Source: Thermoanaerobaculia bacterium
GTDB taxonomy: Bacteria; Acidobacteriota; Thermoanaerobaculia; UBA5066
Assembly: GCA_963816185.1 (NCBI GenBank)
Contig: CAWFJJ010000025.1
Coordinates: 288,001 to 352,000 of the forward strand
Direction of reading: 5' to 3'
Length of the DNA: 64,000 bases
The translations under genes and the position numbers were made by a program. The first letter of the stretch is position 1, and each line of letters opens with the position of its first letter. Shown one piece after another: positions 38,312 to 48,201 of this stretch. Below the pieces are notes generated by a model. That model searched no databases. It was given only the letters and a program-made list of their open reading frames with translations, and had not been told where the DNA came from.

Positions 38312-38841
38312 CGGGTTCTCCCGTAGATCAGGTAGCCGAGCATGCCGGCCGCGACGATCAGCAGAATGGGGTTCGCCCTGGCGAAGTAGAGCAGGAGGAA
38401 GCCTCCCAACGCCAACAGCGCAGGTTGCCATCCGTCGACGATCTGCCTGCCCATCTTGAGGACCACGGAGCCCAGGAGGCCTACGACGGCAGCGCCGACA
38501 CCCTTCAGGGCGCCCTCGAGCAAGGGGACGGACTTGTACTTGGTATAAAGGAAAGCCAGAACCAGGACCAGAAGGAAGCCCGGAAGGACCTGGCCGGCGG
38601 TCGTCGCGATGGCGCCTCGGACGCCCTTCAGACGGTAGCCGACGAAGATGCCCGTGTTGACGATCGGAGGGCCGGGGGTCATCTGGCCGATGGCCACCCC
38701 TTCGGCAAACTCCTCCTCGCTGAGCCAGCGTCTCCGGTCCACCAGCTCCCTCTGGAAGAACGAGAGCATCGAATAGACGCCGCCGAACGCGAAGGCGCCC
38801 ATCTTCAGAAAGACCAGGAAGAGATTCTTCAGCGTCGGCAT
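38308..38841 (-). CDS. chrA: Short-chain chromate transporter (first subunit)
   Basis: FLKMG..AFGG, V..R.WL.EEEF....AIGQ.TPGP. Confidence 0.9.
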   Translation of the reverse strand: MPTLKNLFLVFLKMGAFAFGGVYSMLSFFQRELVDRRRWLSEEEFAEGVAIGQMTPGPPIVNTGIFVGYRLKGVRGAIATTAGQVLPGFLLVLVLAFLYTKYKSVPLLEGALKGVGAAVVGLLGSVVLKMGRQIVDGWQPALLALGGFLLLYFARANPILLIVAAGMLGYLIYGRTR

Positions 38842-38847
38842 TGCGGC

Positions 38848-39669
38848 TTACTGCGGTTCGATCTTCACCTCGACCTGGCGCACTCCCTCCACCACTTTCA
38901 GCACGGACATCACCTCCCCACGAAATACCTCGTGGAGGGCATCCGGCATGGAAGGTTCGAGGGCGGTAACGCTCACCACGACCCGTCCGTCCCGCGCCGT
39001 CACTTCCACCGGAAGTCCGTGCGTCGCCGGGCTTTTCTCGAACGCCAGCCTGACCCTCGTGTCGAGCAGGAAGTCCTGCAACCGTCTGCGGAGATCATCG
39101 GTGATCGCAAACCGGGGATGCCGGGCCGCTCGGACGACGCAATCTGCCGCTTCCTCCACCGAGAGCTGCTCCAGATTCAGGACGAGGTCGTAGAGCGCAG
39201 GGTCAGACCAGTCCAACCCGTAAATGGCCTTCGTCCAGCGCCCGCGCACTTCGTCGTACTGCCTGACCGACGCCTCGGCGAGATGGCGGCTCAGATTCTC
39301 GCTCCGCATGGCCTCCTGGATGCGAGTTTCCATCGGGGCGACGATCCGGACCCGCAGAACGCAGGGGAGGTCCTTGAGGAGCAGGTGGCCCGCGTAGCTG
39401 TGATAGACGAGATCGCCCACCACGGCGTGCTCGGCAAGGGCAGCCTGGACCGCGATGATGTACCTCTGGCGTTCCACCGTGAGGCGATCCCACAGGCCCG
39501 GAACGTGCCCGATCTTGCTGCTGAGGATGTCAGCGGGTACGCCGAGCTTCGCGGCGGCTTCGACCAGGATCTCGCGACCAATGCAGGGGCAGCCAAGAGA
39601 GGCGGCGACGGCTTCCGCCACGGCCTGGCAGCCGGCCGGGAATCCGCGGGAGAGCGTGACGATCGGCAT
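38848..39669 (-). CDS. Cytidylate kinase-like family protein with BON-like C-terminus
   Basis: IVTLSR...G....A..VA..LG, LRVRI.AP...R, YG.DW.DP.LYDLVLN; degenerate P-loop. Confidence 0.78.
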   Translation of the reverse strand: MPIVTLSRGFPAGCQAVAEAVAASLGCPCIGREILVEAAAKLGVPADILSSKIGHVPGLWDRLTVERQRYIIAVQAALAEHAVVGDLVYHSYAGHLLLKDLPCVLRVRIVAPMETRIQEAMRSENLSRHLAEASVRQYDEVRGRWTKAIYGLDWSDPALYDLVLNLEQLSVEEAADCVVRAARHPRFAITDDLRRRLQDFLLDTRVRLAFEKSPATHGLPVEVTARDGRVVVSVTALEPSMPDALHEVFRGEVMSVLKVVEGVRQVEVKIEPQ

Positions 39670-39698
39670 GACATTCTCCTAATGGAAGGCGTGAATCC

Positions 39699-40766
39699 TT
39701 ACAGCAGAGCGTTGAAGAGGAATCCGACAAGGAGGATTCCGACGGTGACGACACCGACGAAGACCGCGATCAACCTGGGGCGCAGCACCTTTCGCAGGAT
39801 GATCAGCTCCGGCGTCGAGATGGAGATCACCGACATCATGAAGGCGAGAACGGTGCCGAGCGCGGCGCCCTTTCCAAGCAAGGCCTGGACGACCGGAATG
39901 ATGCCGGCGGCGTTCGAGTACATCGGGATGCCGATCAGGACGACGAGCGGAACCCCCCACCAGACGTCCTTGCCCATGAACTTCGCCATGAAGTTCGTGG
40001 GGACCCAGCCGTGGATGGCCGCGCCGACCGCGATGCCCGCGACGACGTAGGGCCAGACCTTTCCCACGATCTCGCGAAGCGCCTCGAGCCCGAATCCGAT
40101 CCTGTCCCGCCATCCGAAGGCGACGACCGGAGCATCCTCGACGCCGGTCCGGACCTTACGGACCCAGGGCTCGAGCTGATCCTCCATTCCCAGACGCCCG
40201 ATCGTCCACCCGGATGCCATGGCGATCACGAGCCCCGTGCTCGTGTAGATGGCGGCCACCTTCCAGCCGAAGAGCCCGAACAGGAGCACGAGAGCGACCT
40301 CGTTCACCATCGGCGCCGAGATCAGGAAGGAGAACGTCACGCCGAGCGGCACCCCCGCCGTGACGAACCCGAGGAAGAGGGGGACCGCCGAGCAGGAACA
40401 GAACGGCGTCACCACGCCGAGCAGAGCCGCGAGCACGGTGCCGACCGACTCGCGGGTGCCGGCCAGGATCCGGCGCGTCCGCTCCGGGGTGAAGTACGAG
40501 CGGACGATGCCGACGGCGAACACCACCGCCGTCAGCAGAAGCAGGACCTTCGGAACCTCGAAAACGAGGAACTCGACGGCGGAGGAAAGGTGCTTTCCCC
40601 TGGCAAGGCCGAGCAGGGAATAGGTCAGCCATTCGGAAATGCGGCTCAGGCTGAGGTATAGGGCGAGCCAGCAGACCACGGCGCCTATGCCGACCAGCAC
40701 CGCGGCAGATGCAGACATGCTCTTCGCCGCGGGTGCCGTCGGTGAGGCGACCGAGGCCGAGTCCAT
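39699..40766 (-). CDS. DUF318/ArsP-like permease
   Basis: TPFCSCS..PLF, SFLIS.P..NE, GIPMY.N, G...GT.LAFMM. Confidence 0.9.
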   Translation of the reverse strand: MDSASVASPTAPAAKSMSASAAVLVGIGAVVCWLALYLSLSRISEWLTYSLLGLARGKHLSSAVEFLVFEVPKVLLLLTAVVFAVGIVRSYFTPERTRRILAGTRESVGTVLAALLGVVTPFCSCSAVPLFLGFVTAGVPLGVTFSFLISAPMVNEVALVLLFGLFGWKVAAIYTSTGLVIAMASGWTIGRLGMEDQLEPWVRKVRTGVEDAPVVAFGWRDRIGFGLEALREIVGKVWPYVVAGIAVGAAIHGWVPTNFMAKFMGKDVWWGVPLVVLIGIPMYSNAAGIIPVVQALLGKGAALGTVLAFMMSVISISTPELIILRKVLRPRLIAVFVGVVTVGILLVGFLFNALL

Positions 40767-41020
40767 CACGCCTTCGCGAGGATCGCCCGGATCTCGTCGG
40801 CCTTTGGGATGCGCCCGGTGACGACGATCTTCCCGTCGATCACGACCCCCGGTGTCGCCATGAGTCCCAGCTCGACCATCCGCTCGATCGATTCGACCTT
40901 CTCGACGTCGGCCTCCAGGTGATCGGTCTCGACGACGTGCTGGACGACGCGGAACGTCTCCTTGCACCGGGCGCAGCCGGGGCCGAGGATCTCGATCTTC
41001 TTGCGCGATATTTTTTCCAT
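40766..41020 (-). CDS. Small redox-active disulfide protein (MTH895/TM0996 thioredoxin-like)
   Basis: IEILGPGCARC, G.M.TPG..IDG.....GRIP. Confidence 0.9.
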   Translation of the reverse strand: MEKISRKKIEILGPGCARCKETFRVVQHVVETDHLEADVEKVESIERMVELGLMATPGVVIDGKIVVTGRIPKADEIRAILAKA

Positions 41021-41043
41021 GATGTTCTCCTTGCTTCCGTATT

Positions 41044-41748
41044 TCACGCCGCGAACGCGCGGCGAAGCGCCGTGGCGCCCACGCTGACGCCGAGGACGAC
41101 GAGGACCCACCCGAACGCCCGCTGCAGCCGCCCGGCCCACACGGCGGCGCGGCTCCCGACGAAGGCGGTGACGAAGCCGGTCGCGATGCCTGCGGCGAGC
41201 AGCAGGACCACGTGGCCGGCGGAATAGGCGAGGAGCAGCGTCGTTCCCCAGAGGACCTTCTGCTCGAAGGCTACGAGGGAGAGGATGACGACGAGGATCG
41301 GCGTCGCGCACGGCGACGAGAGCGTCCCCGTGAGGGCGCCGAGCGCGAAGGCGCCCGCGGTTCCGGCCTTGCCGAGCCGGGCCGCGTCGACGCGCGGCAT
41401 CGGGAGGCGGAGGACGCCCGCGAGGTGAAGGCCCATGACGGCGAGGACCGCCGAAAGGAGCAGCGGCCAGGCAGCACCGACGTCGCCGAGGAGGCGCCCC
41501 GAAAGAGCCGCCACCGCGCCGAGCGCCGTGAAGCACACGGCGAGACCCGTCGCGAACGCCAATGTGAGCGCCGCGGCGCGCGCCCGCGTCGTTCCGGCGC
41601 CACCAACAGTTGCAACCACGAGGGGGACCGCCGCGAGGACGCAGGGGCTTGCGGACGAGAGCACGCCCCCAAGGAAGACGAGGGCGAGCATGACCGGGGC
41701 CGGCGCGGCGGCTGCCCGCGCAGCGAGGCCGGCCAGGACTCCCTCCAT
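41044..41748 (-). CDS. ccdA: CcdA/DsbD-type transmembrane disulfide relay
   Basis: SSASPCVL..VP and SSPCATP motifs; about six TM segments. Confidence 0.88.
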   Translation of the reverse strand: MEGVLAGLAARAAAAPAPVMLALVFLGGVLSSASPCVLAAVPLVVATVGGAGTTRARAAALTLAFATGLAVCFTALGAVAALSGRLLGDVGAAWPLLLSAVLAVMGLHLAGVLRLPMPRVDAARLGKAGTAGAFALGALTGTLSSPCATPILVVILSLVAFEQKVLWGTTLLLAYSAGHVVLLLAAGIATGFVTAFVGSRAAVWAGRLQRAFGWVLVVLGVSVGATALRRAFAA

Positions 41749-42164
41749 CAGAGGAGTCCTTTCTCCTTCAGGGCTTTCTCGAAATCGGGCTGCGCGAAGT
41801 AGCCCATGTGCCGGAAGATCTCTCGCCCGCGGGCGTCGAAGATGATCTGCGTCGGCATCACCATGATCTGGTGCCGGCGGGCGACCTCCGGGTTGGGCTG
41901 AATCCAGAAGTTGGAGACGCGCGCACGAGTTCCGAGGCGCGCCCGGAGATTCTTCAGGACGCCCTGCATGTGCATGCACGGGATGCAATGCTCTCCGCCG
42001 AACTCGACGATGAGCGGGACCCCGGCCTTCAGGGCGGATTCGAGGTCGGCCGGGGAGAGCGCAGGAATCGGAATCTCGGCCGCGGGTGTGGCGGCGGGAG
42101 CATGGCCCGAAGCCACGGCCGCGAGCGCGGCGGCGACGATCAAGGCTGAGAGGCGGAGCGTCAT
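41748..42164 (-). CDS. Exported thioredoxin family protein
   Basis: Signal peptide; CIPC; MPTQ..FD..G.E..RH.G. Confidence 0.88.
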   Translation of the reverse strand: MTLRLSALIVAAALAAVASGHAPAATPAAEIPIPALSPADLESALKAGVPLIVEFGGEHCIPCMHMQGVLKNLRARLGTRARVSNFWIQPNPEVARRHQIMVMPTQIIFDARGREIFRHMGYFAQPDFEKALKEKGLL

Positions 42165-42571
42165 CGCGGTGAACCTCCTGGGCGAATTTTTCGAGGCGGC
42201 GGAATCCGGCCGCCTGTCGCGGCGAATTCCTCGACGGGAATCCGGCGAAGCCGGGCCACGAGGGCGGCGTCCGCCAGGGCGACCGGATCGCCGTCCAGAC
42301 CGAGGTGCACGGCATCCCGCCACCGGGCCGCGTCAGGCGACTGGGCGAGCCGGTACGAGACGAACTTGCCATTCTTCTCTTCCACGAGGAGGCCTGCTTG
42401 CTTCAGCTCCCTGAGATGCTCGGAGACCGTGGAAGGAGCAGAGCCGAGAACGGCGGTCATCTGACAGACGCAAAGAGGCCCGCTCGAGAGCATCGCGAGA
42501 ACCCGGAGTCGCGCGGGGTGCGCGAGGGCCTTGGCGGCGGCGGTCGTGGCGGAGAGGCCTGACTTCGTCAT
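42161..42571 (-). CDS. ArsR/SmtB family repressor
   Basis: KALAHP.RLR.L..L, LCVC, STVSEHL..L..AGL. Confidence 0.92.
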   Translation of the reverse strand: MTKSGLSATTAAAKALAHPARLRVLAMLSSGPLCVCQMTAVLGSAPSTVSEHLRELKQAGLLVEEKNGKFVSYRLAQSPDAARWRDAVHLGLDGDPVALADAALVARLRRIPVEEFAATGGRIPPPRKIRPGGSPR

Positions 42572-42593
42572 TTCGTAATAACCCGAAATGTAT
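42566..42593. promoter_or_regulatory. ArsR-type operator, copy 1
   Basis: CATTTCG-N8-CGAAATG overlapping the arsR ATG and a TACATT -10. Confidence 0.75.
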
Positions 42594-42628
42594 GGCAGGT
42601 GCGTCTCTCCCGATATGAGGCGCCTGCA

Positions 42629-43654
42629 TCAGAGGCCGAGGGGCGGCGGCGTCAGCGCTTCCGGGTGCGGCGAGCGTCTGTCGTCCGGATCAGCACGAGG
42701 GGTGTCAGCAATGGTTCTTGCCGCCGGGCGAGCCGCCGCCGGCTCGTCCCAGCTGCCGAGAAGGCCATTCGCCTCGCACGCCGTCACCTCGGGCTCGAGG
42801 GTCGCGTGGCTCACGCCCCATCTCTCGTGCAGGAACGTCTTGATTTCTCCGAGCAGGCCCTCGACGCCCTTCGCGCTCTCCTCGGCGGCTACCGTGACGT
42901 GCCCCGTGAGGAGGAGCTGGCCCGGGCCGGCCTGCCAGACGTGGACGTGGTGCAGGCGCCCCTCGCCGAAGGCCTTCGCGACGCTCGCAGCCAGCTCCTC
43001 GACGTCGACGCCAGCGGGGGCACCCTCGAGCAGCGTCGAGACCGTCTGCCAGACGAGGGAGACGGCGCTCCGGAGCACGACGAGGCCGACCAGGAGCGCC
43101 GCGGCGGGATCGACCCATGGCCCCACCGCGGTCCCGGCCAGAAGGGCCGCCACGACTACCGCCAGCGAGGCGAGGGCGTCCTGGGCCATGTGGAGGAACG
43201 CGCTCCTCACGTTCACGTCCTCCTCCCGGTGGCGCCGGAGCAGGAAGACGGAGGCGACGTTGGCTACGAACGCAACGAGAGCCACGGCGAGCATCAGGCC
43301 GCGAGCCACCGGCTCGGGATGGAGCAGCCGCTGCACGGCCTCGCGGGCGATCAGAGCGGTCACCACGATCAGCGTGACGGCGTTGGCGAGCGCGGCCACC
43401 ACCTCCGCCCTCCGGAAGCCGTACGTGTGCCGGGCTGTCGGAGGGCGGCGGCCCAGCCGCCGGGCCCAGAGCGCCAGAACCACGGCCATGACGTCGCTCG
43501 CGTTGTGCGCTGCGTCGGAGAGGAGAGACACGCTGCCCGAGGCGAGGCCCCCCAGGACCTCCGCGACGGTGATCGCTGCGTTCAGCCCCGCGCTCGCCCG
43601 GAGCCGGGTGTCCATCGCGCCGTCTGCGCCTCCTTTTCCCTGTCGCGCTCGCAT
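42629..43654 (-). CDS. Cation diffusion facilitator (CzcD/ZitB-like)
   Basis: LLSDAAHN.SD, TYGF.R.E, NVRSAFLH...D, H.VHVW, HATLEPE; start 43654 or 43615. Confidence 0.9.
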   Translation of the reverse strand: MRARQGKGGADGAMDTRLRASAGLNAAITVAEVLGGLASGSVSLLSDAAHNASDVMAVVLALWARRLGRRPPTARHTYGFRRAEVVAALANAVTLIVVTALIAREAVQRLLHPEPVARGLMLAVALVAFVANVASVFLLRRHREEDVNVRSAFLHMAQDALASLAVVVAALLAGTAVGPWVDPAAALLVGLVVLRSAVSLVWQTVSTLLEGAPAGVDVEELAASVAKAFGEGRLHHVHVWQAGPGQLLLTGHVTVAAEESAKGVEGLLGEIKTFLHERWGVSHATLEPEVTACEANGLLGSWDEPAAARPAARTIADTPRADPDDRRSPHPEALTPPPLGL

Positions 43655-44394
43655 CAACAGAGGCCCCATGCCATCTTCACCGCCACGGCGAGGAGAACGA
43701 TTCCGATGATCACCTTGACATGACGCCCCTTCAGGCGATCCGACATCAGCCGCGCGCCCACGGCGGCCCCGCCGCCCGCTCCCACGGCCGTCCAGCCCAG
43801 CAGCGGCCAGCTCACGCCCGCCAGCGACGCGTGAGCCAGAAAGCCCGACAAGGACGCGAAGACGACCACGAACGACGTGGTCGCCGAGGCCTTCCTCGGC
43901 TCGACGCCGAGCGTCACCAGGGCCGGGACGACGACGTTGCCGCCGCCCACGCCGAGGAGCCCGCCGAGGAAGCCGGCCGCGCCCCCGACTCCCACGCCGG
44001 CACCGAGAAGAGCCCATGGCCGGCGGGTCGTCTCTCTCTCCCTGGGCGTGTAGAGCAGCATCAGCGCGGCCGCGAGGACCAGGAACCCGACGAAGAGCCG
44101 GAGCAGCAGCGTGCGATCCAGGCCCTGGCTCACGTGCGCGCCCACTGGAGCGAGCGCGGCGGCCACGATGAGGATGGGCACGCCGATGCGCCAGACCACG
44201 AGCTTCCGCCTTATGAAGGTCACGGAAGCGATCCCCAAGCTGATCGCGTTGAGCAGGAGCGCCGTGGCCATCGCGGTATGGACCTCGACCCCGAGCGCCA
44301 TGAAGACCGGGATCAGGATGAACGCCGCCCCCAGTCCCGCAATGGTCATCACGACCGTGAAGACGAACGTGATGACTCCCGCCAGCAAGGCCAT
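43654..44394 (-). CDS. TauE/SafE (TSUP) sulfite-exporter family membrane protein
   Basis: GLG.....IP and GFLGGLLGVGGG...VP repeats; multiple TM segments. Confidence 0.88.
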   Translation of the reverse strand: MALLAGVITFVFTVVMTIAGLGAAFILIPVFMALGVEVHTAMATALLLNAISLGIASVTFIRRKLVVWRIGVPILIVAAALAPVGAHVSQGLDRTLLLRLFVGFLVLAAALMLLYTPRERETTRRPWALLGAGVGVGGAAGFLGGLLGVGGGNVVVPALVTLGVEPRKASATTSFVVVFASLSGFLAHASLAGVSWPLLGWTAVGAGGGAAVGARLMSDRLKGRHVKVIIGIVLLAVAVKMAWGLC

Positions 44395-44409
44395 GCCCGT
44401 CGACGGCTC

Positions 44410-45028
44410 CTACCGGCTCCCGGCAGGGGCAGGAGTAGCCCGAGCACGGGATGCACACGGGCTTGCCGTCCTTCGTGCGCAGATAGCGCTCGAAGACGTA
44501 CTCGCCGCAGCCGCTGCACAGCGCCTTGTTGAACGAGCCCTTGGCGGGGGTGTGGCGGAAGTCCGGCCTCGGCTCGATCTTGAACACGGTGTCGTCCGGC
44601 TGCGCAGCCGCCCAGTCGATCACCTCGGCCGCCACTGCCGCCGGGATTTCCGACGGCTCGGCGCCCCGCTTGCGGTAGGAGAAGAACTCCAGCTTTCCCA
44701 TCGCGTCGACGAACGCCGGCTTCAACGCGAACCGGACGGCGCCCTTCCCGGGGTGGAAGAAGGTGGCCGCGAGCTTTCCGTAGAACGTCTTCTCCATGAG
44801 GACCTTCCCGTACGTCGCACCGGTGGCCACCTGAATTCCGTCCATCATGCAGGTCTGCGGGTGGCCCTCGCCCAGCTCGGGGAAGACGAAGAGGCCGTGG
44901 TCTTTCTCGCGCCGTGCACCGAGGCGCGCGAGGGCGAGCACCCCCATCCGGTAGCCGATGGGCATGAAGGGACAGCGGTGGCCGTGGAACTCGAAAGCCC
45001 ACTCCGGGGGGACGAATCCATTGTTCAT
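44410..45028 (-). CDS. FmdE-family protein with C-terminal zinc finger (stop codon apparently lost to an indel)
   Basis: FHGHRCP....G.RM, C..DGIQ..TG.T.GK, CSGCGE...CIPC; out-of-frame TAG at 44412-44410 next to the GGAG RBS of tauE. Confidence 0.82.
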
Positions 45029-45060
45029 GACGGGAGTCCTCCTTCTTGCGTCTCAGGGCA

Positions 45061-48000
45061 TCAGCGCGGGCGCGGCGCGGCGCCGGCTTGCCGAACGCCT
45101 GGCTCAGCCGCTGCCGTACGGACTCGAACAGGTCGTAGAAGACGGGAACGTAGATGAGGGTGAGGAACGTCGACACCGTGAGGCCGCCGATCGCGACCAC
45201 GGCGAGCGGGCTGAGGCGCTCCAGGCCGATCGCCCACTCGAGGGCGATCGGGAGCATCCCGACCGCGGTCGCCGCGGCCGTCATCAGGATCGGCCGCGTC
45301 CTCACGCGCACGGATTCCGTCAGGGCGTCGAGGAGGCTCTCGCCGCGCCCGCGCGCCTCCTCGATGAAGTCGATGAGGAGAATGCTGTTCTTCACGACGA
45401 TCCCGGCGAGCAGGATCATCCCCATGAACGACGGCATGCACTGGTGCTTGCCGGTCAGGAGGAGCGCCCAGACGGCTCCGATGACCCCGAGCGGGATCGC
45501 CACCATGATCGTGAGCGGGTGAAGGAACGAGCGGAAGGCCGGGACCAGGGAGAAGTACAGGAGGATCAGGCCGAGGACGAGCGCCTTCATCAGCGCCGAG
45601 AACGCCTCGTCCATCGTCTTGCGTTCCCCTTCTTCGGTGAGGGTGTAGCCCGGTGGGAGCTTCAGGCCCTCGAGCGCCTTGGTGACGCCGTCGTTGATGT
45701 GGGTGACCGCGGTCGTCGAGCGGTAGCCCAGGACGTCCACCGTCTCCTGGAGGTTCTGCCGCGTGTGAAGCGTCGGAACGAAGGCCCGCTCGAGCCGGCC
45801 GAGTGACGAGAGCGGGACGCTGCCCCTCGGCGTGAGGACCGGGAGCGTGGCGAGATCCTCCGGAGCGGCGCGGCGGCCGGCCTGCCGCCTGGACCCAGAC
45901 GGCGAACGAATCCTGCTGCGGGACCCGGAAGAGCGTCGCGGGCGTTCCCTTGACCTGCGCGCTCACCTGGGCCGCCACCGCGGCCGCGTCGACGCCGTAG
46001 AAGGAGAGCTGCTCGGCGTCGGGAAGGAAGCGGACCTCCACGCGGTCGAGCGTCCAGGTCGGCACCACGGACGTCAGGCCGCCCACGGTCCGGAGCCGGC
46101 GCGCCACGTCCTGTGAGAGGGAGGCGAGCGTCTTCGGATCGGGGCCGGAGATCATCAGGTCGACGGTCGACCGGATCGTGGAGAGAGGCGTGGCGCCGTA
46201 GTCGAAGGCGGCCGGGAAGCGGATCCCCGGGATCGTCCGGAGCCTGGCGAGAACCGAGCGCTCGACGTCCCAGAGCGACTCCTTGCGGTGGAAGCGGTCG
46301 ACGAGGTGGACGGTCACGAACGCCTGCTGCGGGTTGCGGCCCGAGCCGAACGTGAGGACGCCGGGCTCCGAGCCGAGCGTCGCCGACGTCCGCACGATGC
46401 CGGGTTCGGCGCGAATCGCCTTCTCGGCCTGCGTCAGCAGCGTCTCGGCCTCGGCCAGGGACGCGTTCGGGTACGCCTCGAAAGTGACGCGGAAGATCCC
46501 CGTGTCCATCGGGGGCATCAGGTCGCGGCCGACGAGCGGGATGACGAGTCGGCCCGAGATCACGAGAAGCAGGACGGCGGGGAGGATGAAGAGCGTCTTC
46601 CTGCGCAGCGCGACCTCGACCACCTTGACGAAGAACTCCTGGATCCGGTGGAGGATCGTGCCGTTCACGACGTGGTCGAGCTTCTTCTCCCAGCCCCACT
46701 TCTCCGTGCGGCCTCCCAGCCGGAGGATGAACGGCGCCAGGATCGGCAGGATCGTCACCGAGACGAGGTACGAGGCGAGGAGCGCGATCGAGAGCGTCAG
46801 GCTGAGCGGGCGGAGGACGGTCTGGACGAAGCCGCCGATGTAGATGATCGGCAGGAGGACGACGACCGTTGCGTAGGTCCCCGAGAGGATCGCCAGCATC
46901 ACCTCCTCGGTGCCGCCGATGGTGGCCGACGAGAGGTCCTTGCCGAGCTTGTGGTAGTGCCGCTCGATGTTCTCCAGGACGACGATCGCGTCGTCGAGGA
47001 GCATTCCCACCCCGAGGATGACGCCCGTGAGCGTCACCATGTCGAACTGGAAGCCGAAGAGCCACATGAAGGCGAACGTGATGAGGTAGGTGAACGGGAT
47101 CGAGATGCCGGCCAGGATCATCCCGCGCGTGTCCGCGAGGAAGAGGAAGATGACGAGGACCGTCAGCAGGATCGCGTCGCGCAGCGCGTCCACCATGTTG
47201 GAGACGCTCTTGCCGATCAGCTCGCCCTGCGTGTCCGCGATCTCGAAGGAGATTCCCGGGAACTGCCGTTCGAGCTCGGGCAGCTTCGCCGCGACGGCCT
47301 CGATCGTCGGGAGGGCGAAGCCCGAGAGGGCCCGCTGGATCGAGACGCCGATCGCCGGCTTCCCGTTGCCGTGGTACGCCGACATCCGCTCCTGGACGCC
47401 GCGGCGGATCGTCGCGACGTCGCGCAGGTAGACGGGCGGGCCCGGCGCGCCGCCGATCACGATGCCACCGGCCTCCTCGGGCCGGACGAACTCTCCCTGG
47501 CTCTTGAGAAGGAGGTGGGTCGGGTCGGTGACGAGCAGCCCTTCGGGCGTGTTCCGGTTCCAGGCCGAGAGCGCCGCGACGACCTGACCCGGGCTCAGCC
47601 GGTAGGCCTGCAGCTTGTCGGGATCGAGCACGACCGAGACGACGGGCTGGTACCCGCCGAAGACCTCCACGTTCGCGACGTCCGGGAGGCGGAGAAGCGC
47701 CTCCTTGACGGGGTTCTGCGCGAGCTGGCGGACCATCGACAGGTCGAGGCCCGAGCCGTCCTTCGGCGAGAGGGCGAGGACGAGGACCGCCGGCGTCGCC
47801 GACGACACCTTGTAGACCTGGAAGGGGCGGATGTCCGGCGGGAGGAGCGACCGGATCTTGTTCAGCGCGTTGGAGACGTCGGTGGCCGCCGAGTCGAGGC
47901 CCTTCTCGTACTCGAACTCCGCCGTGACGACCGAGACCTCGTCGTTGGACGTGGAGGTCACGCGGCGCACGAGCTCGATCGTCTTGACCTCCTTCTCGAT

Positions 48001-48198
48001 GACGCGGCTGACGTCGCCGCTCACGTCGTCGGCCGAGGCGCCCGGCCAGACGGTCACGACCGAGATCTGGGGCCGCTCGCTGTCGGGGAAGAGGTTGACG
48101 GGAAGCTTGAAGAACCCCACGCCGCCGACGACGGCGAGGAGAAGGACGACGGACAGGAGGAGGTGGGGCTTCTTGACGTAGCGTTGGACGAGACTCAC
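45061..48198 (-). CDS. RND efflux permease (AcrB/CusA superfamily), frameshift ~45880
   Basis: LP..LFP....P.I.V.T.WPGAS, GMLLDDAIVVLENI.R, GIVVKNSILLIDF, R.RPILMT. Confidence 0.92.
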   Translation of the reverse strand: MSLVQRYVKKPHLLLSVVLLLAVVGGVGFFKLPVNLFPDSERPQISVVTVWPGASADDVSGDVSRVIEKEVKTIELVRRVTSTSNDEVSVVTAEFEYEKGLDSAATDVSNALNKIRSLLPPDIRPFQVYKVSSATPAVLVLALSPKDGSGLDLSMVRQLAQNPVKEALLRLPDVANVEVFGGYQPVVSVVLDPDKLQAYRLSPGQVVAALSAWNRNTPEGLLVTDPTHLLLKSQGEFVRPEEAGGIVIGGAPGPPVYLRDVATIRRGVQERMSAYHGNGKPAIGVSIQRALSGFALPTIEAVAAKLPELERQFPGISFEIADTQGELIGKSVSNMVDALRDAILLTVLVIFLFLADTRGMILAGISIPFTYLITFAFMWLFGFQFDMVTLTGVILGVGMLLDDAIVVLENIERHYHKLGKDLSSATIGGTEEVMLAILSGTYATVVVLLPIIYIGGFVQTVLRPLSLTLSIALLASYLVSVTILPILAPFILRLGGRTEKWGWEKKLDHVVNGTILHRIQEFFVKVVEVALRRKTLFILPAVLLLVISGRLVIPLVGRDLMPPMDTGIFRVTFEAYPNASLAEAETLLTQAEKAIRAEPGIVRTSATLGSEPGVLTFGSGRNPQQAFVTVHLVDRFHRKESLWDVERSVLARLRTIPGIRFPAAFDYGATPLSTIRSTVDLMISGPDPKTLASLSQDVARRLRTVGGLTSVVPTWTLDRVEVRFLPDAEQLSFYGVDAAAVAAQVSAQVKGTPATLFRVPQQDSFAVWVQAAGRPPRRSGGSRHAPGPHAEGQRPALVTRPARAGLRSDASHAAEPPGDGGRPGLPLDDRGHPHQRRRHQGARGPEAPTGLHPHRRRGTQDDGRGVLGADEGARPRPDPPVLLPGPGLPLVPSPAHDHGGDPARGHRSRLGAPPDRQAPVHAVVHGDDPARRDRREEQHSPHRLHRGGARARREPPRRPDGIRAREDAADPDDGRGDRGRDAPDRPRVGDRPGAPQPARRGRDRRPHGVDVPHPHLRSRLLRPVRVRTAAAEPGVRQAGAAPRPR

Positions 48199-48201
48199 CC
48201 G

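Noticed and set aside
42629-45028. 799 aa FmdE-CDF fusion ORF
   Set aside because: The middle third is out-of-frame read-through of tauE; a TAG one base out of frame at 44412-44410 points to an indel that removed the FmdE stop
44410-45028. FmdE as evidence of methanogen-type C1 metabolism
   Set aside because: No fmd/fwd catalytic subunits nearby; stand-alone FmdE homologues are common in bacteria
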